A stretch of DNA of 64,000 bases, taken from the NCBI RefSeq assembly GCF_044324785.1, contig NZ_CP172129.1, one strand, 5' to 3'. Under the pieces are notes generated by a model. It was not told where the DNA came from and searched no databases. It saw nothing but the letters and a program-made list of their open reading frames with translations. The DNA comes from Escherichia coli (GTDB taxonomy: Bacteria; Pseudomonadota; Gammaproteobacteria; Enterobacterales; Enterobacteriaceae). Shown piece by piece: positions 57,154-64,000 of this stretch (position 1 is its first letter; each line of letters opens with the position of its first letter). The position numbers and the translations under genes were made by a program.

Positions 57154-59112
57154 ATGTCGGTTACAGAGTCTAAGACAAAAACGGAGCGTAAATCCAGCCG
57201 TAAACCGTCAAAAGAGCAGGAGACTGCCCTGTCTGCCCTGCTGGCGCAGACGGCGGAAGTGAGCGTGCCGCTGGCCTCACTGATTAAATCACCACTGAAT
57301 GTGCGCACGGTGCCGTATTCTGCGGAGTCTGTCAGCGAACTGGCGGAGTCCATTAAGGGCGTTGGCCTGTTGCAGAATCTGGTCGTGCATACCCTGCCTG
57401 GTGACCGTTACGGTGTCGCCGCAGGTGGTCGCCGACTGGCTGCACTCAACATGCTGGCAGAGCGTGGCATCATTCCGGCTGACTGGCCTGTCCGTGTGAA
57501 GGTCATTCCGCAGGAGCTGGCGACGGCGGCATCAATGACTGAAAACGGTCATCGTCGGGATATGCACCCTGCTGAACAGATTGCCGGATTCCGCGCAATG
57601 GCGCAGGAAGGCAAAACACCTGCACAAATCGGTGATTTGCTGGGCTATTCACCCCGCTATGTCCAGCGAATGCTGAAACTGGCTGACCTTGCGCCTGTCA
57701 TCCTCGATGCGCTGGCAGAAGACCGCATCACTACCGAACACTGTCAGGCGCTGGCGCTGGAGAACGACACCGCGCGTCAGGTACAGGTGTTTGAAGCCGC
57801 CTGTCAGTCGGGATGGGGCGGAAAACCGGATGTGCGGGTTATCCGCAATCTGATTACGGAAAGTGAAGTGGCGGTGGCGGGGAACAGTAAATTCCGCTTC
57901 GTGGGGGCTGATGCTTTCTCACCTGACGAACTGCGTACTGATTTGTTCAGCGATGACGGGGACGGTTATGTCGACCGCGTGGCGCTCGATGCTGCCCTGC
58001 TGGAAAAACTCCAGGCTGTCGCTGAACACCTTCGGGAAGCCGAAGGCTGGGAATGGTGCGCCGGACGCATGGAGCCTGTCGGTGAGTGCCGTGAGGATGC
58101 CGGAACATACCGCTGTTTGCCGGAGCCGGACGCGGTGCTGACGGAGGCGGAAGAAGAACGCCTGAACGAACTGATGACGCGTTACGACGCGCTGGAAAAC
58201 CAGTGTGAGGAATCCGACCTGCTGGAAGCAGAAATGAAGCTGATGCGCTGCATGGCGAAGGTCAGAGCGTGGACGCCGGAGATGCGTACCGGAAGCGGTG
58301 TGGTGGTGTCCTGGCGTTACGGTAATGTGTGTGTCCAGCGTGGTGTGCAGTTGCGCAGCGAGGATGACGCGGCTGACGACGCTGACCGCACGGAACAGGT
58401 GCAGGAGAAAGCATCAGTGGAGGAAATCAGTCTGCCACTGCTGACGAAAATGTCTTCCGAACGCACGCTGGCAGTCCAGGCGGCACTCATGCAGCAACCG
58501 GACAAATCCCTGGCACTGCTGGCATGGACGCTCTGCCTGAATGTGTTTGGCAGCGGAGCGTACAGTAAACCAGCACAAATCAGCCTGGAATGTAAACATT
58601 ATTCGCTGACCAGCGATGCGCCGTCAGGGAAGGAAGGTGCCGCGTTCATGGCGATGATGGCAGAAAAAGCCCGTCTTGCGGCCCTGTTACCGGAGGGATG
58701 GTCACGGGACATGACGACGTTCCTGTCACTCAGTCAGGAGGTGCTGTTATCCCTGCTCAGTTTCTGCACCGCGTGCAGCATCCACGGCGTTCAGACCCGC
58801 GAGTGTGGTCACACGTCACGCAGCCCGCTGGACACGCTGGAGAGCGCCATCGGTTTTCACATGCGTGACTGGTGGCAGCCGACAAAAGCAAACTTCTTCG
58901 GACACCTGAAAAAGCCGCAGATTATCGCAGCTCTGAATGATGCCGGACTGTCCGGTGCCGCACGGGATGCAGAGAAGATGAAGAAAGGTGATGCGGCTGA
59001 ACATGCAGAGCACCATATGAAAGACAACCGCTGGGTGCCTGGCTGGATGTGTGCACCACATCCACAGACGGATACCACTGAACGCACCGATAACCTGGCT
59101 GATGCCGCCTGA
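57154..59112 (+). CDS. ParB-like nuclease domain protein of the leading region (652 aa)
   Basis: N-terminal ParB/Srx-like segment (NLVVHTLPGDRYGVAAGGRRLAAL); long acidic C-terminal region. Confidence 0.7.
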   Translation: MSVTESKTKTERKSSRKPSKEQETALSALLAQTAEVSVPLASLIKSPLNVRTVPYSAESVSELAESIKGVGLLQNLVVHTLPGDRYGVAAGGRRLAALNMLAERGIIPADWPVRVKVIPQELATAASMTENGHRRDMHPAEQIAGFRAMAQEGKTPAQIGDLLGYSPRYVQRMLKLADLAPVILDALAEDRITTEHCQALALENDTARQVQVFEAACQSGWGGKPDVRVIRNLITESEVAVAGNSKFRFVGADAFSPDELRTDLFSDDGDGYVDRVALDAALLEKLQAVAEHLREAEGWEWCAGRMEPVGECREDAGTYRCLPEPDAVLTEAEEERLNELMTRYDALENQCEESDLLEAEMKLMRCMAKVRAWTPEMRTGSGVVVSWRYGNVCVQRGVQLRSEDDAADDADRTEQVQEKASVEEISLPLLTKMSSERTLAVQAALMQQPDKSLALLAWTLCLNVFGSGAYSKPAQISLECKHYSLTSDAPSGKEGAAFMAMMAEKARLAALLPEGWSRDMTTFLSLSQEVLLSLLSFCTACSIHGVQTRECGHTSRSPLDTLESAIGFHMRDWWQPTKANFFGHLKKPQIIAALNDAGLSGAARDAEKMKKGDAAEHAEHHMKDNRWVPGWMCAPHPQTDTTERTDNLADAA

Positions 59113-59166
59113 TGAACAACCACACCGCCCCGCCGGAGACGGGGCAGCAGCAAGGGAGATACCGTG

Positions 59167-59601
59167 ATGAAAACTGAACTGACCCTGAATGTATTACAGA
59201 CCATGAACGCACAGGAATATGAAGATATCAGGGCTGCCGGAAGTGATGAACGCCGTGAGCTGACACACGCCGTGATGCGGGAACTGGATGCGCCGGACAA
59301 CTGGACGATGAATGGCGAGTACGGCAGCGAGTTCGGCGGCTTTTTCCCCGTCCAGGTCCGTTTCACGCCTGCCCACGAACGTTTTCACCTGGCGTTATGT
59401 TCACCGGGTGATGTCTCCCAGGTCTGGGTGCTGGTTCTGGTGAATGCCGGTGGTGAGCCGTTTGCGGTGGTTCAGGTACAGCGGCGGTTTGCACCGGAAG
59501 CAGTCAGCCATTCACTGGCACTGGCGGCGTCACTGGATGCGCAGGGGTACAGCGTTAACGACATCATCCATATCCTGATGGCGGAAGGAGGTCAGGTATG
59601 A
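59167..59601 (+). CDS. psiB: Plasmid SOS inhibition protein PsiB (144 aa)
   Basis: [32 protein letters not shown]... matches PsiB as recalled. Confidence 0.9.
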   Translation: MKTELTLNVLQTMNAQEYEDIRAAGSDERRELTHAVMRELDAPDNWTMNGEYGSEFGGFFPVQVRFTPAHERFHLALCSPGDVSQVWVLVLVNAGGEPFAVVQVQRRFAPEAVSHSLALAASLDAQGYSVNDIIHILMAEGGQV

Positions 59602-60317
59602 ACGCACGTTCACGGGCACTGGTTCCCCTCAGCACAGAGCAACAGGCCGCATGGCGGGCGGTGGCGGAGACGGAAAAACGCCGCCATCAGGGAAACACGC
59701 TGGCGGAATATCCGTATGCGGGAGCATTTTTCCGCTGTCTGAACGGAAGCCGCCGGATTTCGCTGTCTGACCTGCGATTTTTCATGCCGTCCCTGACCGC
59801 AGAAGAACTGCACGGCAACCGTCTTCAGTGGCTGTGTGCCATCGATGTGCTGATTGAAACACAGGGCGAGGTCTGCCTCCTTCCCCTTCCCGGCGATGCA
59901 GCAGAACGCTTGTTCCCGTCGGTGCGGTTTCGTGTCAGGGAACGCAGTCGCCATAAATCCGCGCTGGTCATGCAGAAGTACAGCCGCCAGCAAGCGAGGG
60001 AGGCAGAGCAGAAAGCCCGTGCGTACCAGGTGCTGGTTGCTCAGGCTGAAATCGAACTGGCATTTCATTCACCGGAAACAGTCGGAAGCTGGCATGCACG
60101 CTGGAGTGACCGGGTGGCAGAGCATGACCTGGAACCCCTGTTCTGGCAGTGGGGCGAGCGTTTTCCGTCACTGGCCGGAATGGAACGCTGGCAGTGGCAG
60201 GATATGCCATTCTGGCAGGTTATCGCGGAAGCCAGTCTGGCAGCCAGAGAGGCCGGTCATGCTGTCCGTGAGATGGAGCGGTGGATGGTGCCGAACAAAC
60301 TCCGGGAGGCAGCGTGA
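59598..60317 (+). CDS. psiA: PsiA (239 aa)
   Basis: Overlaps the psiB stop; matches PsiA as recalled. Confidence 0.85.
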   Translation: MNARSRALVPLSTEQQAAWRAVAETEKRRHQGNTLAEYPYAGAFFRCLNGSRRISLSDLRFFMPSLTAEELHGNRLQWLCAIDVLIETQGEVCLLPLPGDAAERLFPSVRFRVRERSRHKSALVMQKYSRQQAREAEQKARAYQVLVAQAEIELAFHSPETVGSWHARWSDRVAEHDLEPLFWQWGERFPSLAGMERWQWQDMPFWQVIAEASLAAREAGHAVREMERWMVPNKLREAA

Positions 60318-60450
60318 TGCGGCAATAATCACACGGATTACCCGTGAACTGGTTGAACGACCAGATTATTTTCAGGGAAAGTGAGTGTGGTCAGCGTGCA
60401 GGGATATGAGCTATGATGTGCCCGGCGCTTGAGGCTTTCTGCCTCATGAC

Positions 60451-60750
60451 GTGAAGGTGGTTTGTTACCGTGTTGTGTGGCAGAAGGCAGAAAGCCCCGT
60501 AGTTAATTTTTCATTAACCCACGAGGCCCCCTGTATGTCTGATCAACAACAGTATGGCCTCTTACCGTGCTTAATGCAAGGAGGAGTAAACCATGAAACT
60601 ACCGGGAAACGCCCTTATCTGGTGCGTATTAATCGTGTGCTGCACGTTGTTAATATTCACACTCCTGACCCGGAATCGTCTGTGCGAAGTCCGGCTGAAG
60701 GACGGATACAGGGAGGTTACGGCAAGTTTGGCTTACGAATCCAGCGGTAA
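60451..60750 (+). CDS. mok-like overlapping reading frame of the hok-type locus
   Basis: ORF in a different frame overlapping the toxin gene and ending 4 bp before its stop. Confidence 0.4.
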   Translation: MKVVCYRVVWQKAESPVVNFSLTHEAPCMSDQQQYGLLPCLMQGGVNHETTGKRPYLVRINRVLHVVNIHTPDPESSVRSPAEGRIQGGYGKFGLRIQR

Positions 60751-60754
60751 GTAG
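60593..60754 (+). CDS. hok: Hok/Gef-family membrane toxin (53 aa)
   Basis: Self-translated: [53 protein letters not shown]; below the ORF-track size cutoff. Confidence 0.85.
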   Translation: MKLPGNALIWCVLIVCCTLLIFTLLTRNRLCEVRLKDGYREVTASLAYESSGK

Positions 60755-60763
60755 CAACCTGGA

Positions 60764-60785
60764 GGCGGGCGCAGGCCCGCCTTTT
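60764..60785 (+). terminator. Rho-independent terminator after hok (ggcgggc-gcag-gcccgcc-tttt)
   Basis: GC-rich 7-bp stem followed by a T run. Confidence 0.55.
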
Positions 60786-61090
60786 CAGGGCTGATGCTGG
60801 TCTGACTGCACTGAAGCGCCTTTATAAAGGGGCTGCTGGTTCGCCGGTGGCCCCTTTCTCCTTGCTGGCATTGTGCGGGCATGAACAACCAGACTGCCAG
60901 GAAGGCCGTTTCCCTCCGGGAACGGGGATGAACGTGCGCCTGCGGCGCCCGTTCTTTTCCCCCGCCTTCTCTGTTTATGACCTGTCAGAAATCACATCAC
61001 CTTCCCTTTGATTATTCTCTTTTTCCTCCTGTTCTGACTCTGATTACTGCTGCCCTGATTATTGTCTGTTTTGTTGTTCTCCTGCTTATG

Positions 61091-61618
61091 CCTTTTCCGG
61101 GCGTCCCCCTGGCGGGGCGGGCTGTCGTGAACGGAGCCAGCGGAGCTGTCTCCGCCCTGGCGGGCTTCCATCCCTGACGCGAAACCCCGGGCTTGCAGCG
61201 ACCGTTCCGGTCGCGCCGCCTCTGTCGCGCCGTGGCCTGCGCTCCCGGCATCCCGGCAAAAGGCCGCCGGGATGTAAGGGGCAACGCCGTTTCGCAAACC
61301 GCGCTTCACGTCGTTGCGGCGGGTTCCTGCCCGTTGTTGTGTCCGGTGCCATTCACCTGTTTAAGCCCCTGTCGCCGGGAGCTGATACAGCCACAACCTG
61401 CCGCACTGACTGTCCAGGGTAAATGAACAGCCCACAAAATTTTTTACCCAAAACCCGGTAAAAAATTTTGCGTTCTGCCCAGGACAGGTGCGTCAGGCCG
61501 TGGCAGTGATGCCCCTTGCGGCGAAGGTTCTCAAACAGGTGATGGTGAATACCGGAGGGAACAAACGGCAGGTCCCCGCAAAACGTCAAAACCGCGGCTC
61601 CCGAAACTCAACAGATGA
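61091..61618 (+). repeat. Structured ~530-bp repeat, copy C (Frpo/ssi-like)
   Basis: See copy A. Confidence 0.6.
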
Positions 61619-61652
61619 TGGGGGCTGAAAACCAGAGAGAGGAGAAAGCAGG

Positions 61653-61940
61653 ATGAGTACCCGAAATATCCACGTTAACATCGCGTCGTACACGCTTCTT
61701 GTTGCCGGGAAGAAAAAATACACCGGGGAAGAGTGGGACGTCCTGGAATTCAGCAGCCTGACTGAGCTGAAAAAATATCGCAAAAGCCACCCGGAAAAGA
61801 TGGCCTTCAGCTATAGCTATGCGCTCAGCCGGGGTGTGGATACGCAGTTCCGCCATATCAACATTGCGGAAGCCGATCACTTCAAACAGTTCCTGCGTCA
61901 GATTAAGCGTACCGGCCTCGATATCCGGGCTATCTGCTGA
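61653..61940 (+). CDS. Hypothetical leading-region protein (95 aa)
   Basis: ORF directly downstream of repeat copy C. Confidence 0.45.
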   Translation: MSTRNIHVNIASYTLLVAGKKKYTGEEWDVLEFSSLTELKKYRKSHPEKMAFSYSYALSRGVDTQFRHINIAEADHFKQFLRQIKRTGLDIRAIC

Positions 61941-62058
61941 CCGGATGTGATGAATATCCCTCCTGATTGTTGCAATCTTGTTAATGGAGATCGGGAGGGA
62001 TGATATTAAGCGGAAAAATTTTTTATTAAATTTATTCTTTCATAAAGGAGTAGCTGTT

Positions 62059-62880
62059 ATGCGATTAGCTTCCCGTTTTGGTCGGTATAATTCCATCCGC
62101 CGTGAACGTCCTTTAACGGATGATGAATTAATGCAGTTTGTGCCTTCGGTGTTTTCCGGTGATAAACATGAGTCCCGGAGTGAACGTTATACGTATATTC
62201 CAACAATCAATATCATCAATAAGTTACGTGATGAAGGTTTCCAGCCATTCTTTGCCTGTCAGAGTCGGGTTCGTGATTTGGGACGTCGCGAATACAGTAA
62301 ACATATGTTACGTCTTCGCAGGGAAGGGCATATTAACGGGCAGGAAGTTCCTGAAATTATCCTGCTTAATTCACATGATGGTTCATCCAGTTATCAGATG
62401 ATCCCCGGAATTTTTCGTTTTGTCTGCACAAATGGCCTGGTGTGCGGAAATAATTTTGGCGAAATCCGCGTTCCACATAAAGGTGATATTGTCGGGCAGG
62501 TTATCGAGGGAGCGTATGAAGTGCTCGGTGTCTTTGATAAGGTCACTGATAATATGGAGGCGATGAAAGAAATTCATCTTAACAGTGACGAGCAACATTT
62601 ATTTGGCAGAGCTGCACTGATGGTCAGGTATGAAGATGAAAATAAAACGCCGGTGACGCCTGAACAGATAATTACTCCCCGTCGTCGGGAGGATAAACAG
62701 AACGATCTCTGGACAACCTGGCAGCGGGTTCAGGAGAATATGATAAAAGGTGGATTATCGGGGCGAAGTGCCTCCGGGAAAAATACCAGGACAAGAGCCA
62801 TTACAGGTATTGATGGTGATATAAGAATCAACAAAGCATTATGGATGATTGCCGAACAGTTCAGGGAGTGGAAGTCGTGA
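62059..62880 (+). CDS. Leading-region protein, F orf273-like (273 aa from MRLASRF)
   Basis: Length and position next to the lytic transglycosylase gene and oriT; function unknown. Confidence 0.5.
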   Translation: MRLASRFGRYNSIRRERPLTDDELMQFVPSVFSGDKHESRSERYTYIPTINIINKLRDEGFQPFFACQSRVRDLGRREYSKHMLRLRREGHINGQEVPEIILLNSHDGSSSYQMIPGIFRFVCTNGLVCGNNFGEIRVPHKGDIVGQVIEGAYEVLGVFDKVTDNMEAMKEIHLNSDEQHLFGRAALMVRYEDENKTPVTPEQIITPRRREDKQNDLWTTWQRVQENMIKGGLSGRSASGKNTRTRAITGIDGDIRINKALWMIAEQFREWKS

Positions 62881-63175
62881 TAATATAGGTAAAGCCCCGA
62901 AAAATTTTCGGGGCTTTACTTATATTGTCATCCTTCGGCATTGCTATGTCGTCTGATATGCCTCAATTTCATCAACTGGCTTTTCGGTAGTCTGTAAATA
63001 TTGTGCCCGCGAAAAATGGTCTGGCAGGAGGCTACGCAGTTACCGGATATATATAATATGGGTTCCCGCTTTGCGGGGCTTCGGCCAGTCAGCATTATCA
63101 CTCATATGATATTTTTGTGTGTGGCCTTCCATGCCGCTGTCGCGGCATAACCGGTATTTGACAATGTATACAATA

Positions 63176-63685
63176 TTAATTGTTCTGCACACTGTTCATT
63201 TGGGAAAGTGATTTCTTCGTGGTCGGAACCCGGATACCTTTACTGCTTTTTATCCCGGTATAAATCCGGTAAACATCTGATGCGTAGGCAAGACGCCTCT
63301 GGTTCTGGCGTTCGGTTTTCCTGAATCCGGCATTGTATGCACCAACGGCCTCCCAGGTGACGCCCCATTTTTTAAATGCTATTGCCAGATAATAAGCACC
63401 GGTATAAATGTTCATGCAGGGATCTGTTGTCATATGTTCCGGCTTAATTCCGTAGCGGGCCAGTTCGTTAAAATGCTGGGAATCTACCTGCATCAGTCCG
63501 CTGCCATATCCCGTTACCGGATTAATACCGATGGCATTAACCCGGTAACGGGATTCTTGCCATGATATTGCTCTCAGTAAATCAGGATCTATTTTGTAAT
63601 CCCTGCCTGCAAGATCAAAGCAATCAGTGGCCAGACAGATCTCATTTATAAACATCAGGCAGATGGCTAACATCCATTTTTTCAT
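63176..63685 (-). CDS. Lytic transglycosylase (SLT domain), F orf169/gene X-like (169 aa)
   Basis: Signal peptide plus SLT motifs [19 protein letters not shown]. Confidence 0.85.
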   Translation of the reverse strand: MKKWMLAICLMFINEICLATDCFDLAGRDYKIDPDLLRAISWQESRYRVNAIGINPVTGYGSGLMQVDSQHFNELARYGIKPEHMTTDPCMNIYTGAYYLAIAFKKWGVTWEAVGAYNAGFRKTERQNQRRLAYASDVYRIYTGIKSSKGIRVPTTKKSLSQMNSVQNN

Positions 63686-63719
63686 TTTTCCACCTCTGGT
63701 GACTTTATCCGTAAATAAT

Positions 63720-64000
63720 TTAACTCACTCCACAAAAAGGCTCAACAGGTTGGTGGTTCTCACCACCAAAAGCACCACACCCCACGCAAAAACAAGTTTT
63801 TGCTGATTTTTCTTTATAAATAGAGTGTTATGAAAAATTAGTTTCTCTTACTCTCTTTATGATATTTAAAAAAGCGGTGTCGGCGCGGCTACAACAACGC
63901 GCCGACACCGTTTTGTAGGGGTGGTACTGACTATTTTTATAAAAAACATTATTTTATATTAGGGGGGGCTGCTAGCGGCGCGGTGTGTTTTTTTATAGGA
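63720..64000. other. oriT: F-type origin of transfer (oriT) with nic region
   Basis: Reverse complement of 63750-63790 reads ttgcgtggggtgtggtgcttttggtggtgagaacc (F nic region); inverted repeat gcggtgtcggcgcg...cgcgccgacaccg at 63884-63915. Confidence 0.8.

Overview
This window reads as a contiguous segment of a large IncF-type ColV/ColIa virulence-resistance plasmid from Enterobacteriaceae (E. coli/Salmonella-like). All identifications come from reading the ORF translations and DNA motifs against remembered protein families; no database search was run. In order: salmochelin genes (iroD 3' part, iroE, convergent iroN), a DAHP synthase, a decayed duplicate of a segment found again at about 15.9-20.6 kb, the colicin V locus (cvaA, cvaB split by an IS903-group element with a 9-bp target duplication, cvaC, cvi), a decayed small operon, the colicin Ia/immunity pair, a DnaQ-like exonuclease, a ParE/ParD-type toxin-antitoxin pair, a Tn21-like tnpA-tnpR-urf2 module with a class 1 integron (intI1, dfrA5-like cassette), three IS26 copies bounding fragments of Tn2 (blaTEM-1) and of an RSF1010-like region (strA fragment, sul2, repC, repA fragment), the aerobactin operon iucABCD-iutA, IS1, the F-type partition locus sopAB-sopC, an IS110-family transposase, and an F-type leading region ending at oriT. 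I did not find a clear-cut novel system. The best candidates for uncharacterised biology are the low-GC two-gene module at 48700-49506, the unassigned ORFs in the leading region (51655-54845), and the GC-rich operon at 15463-16310.
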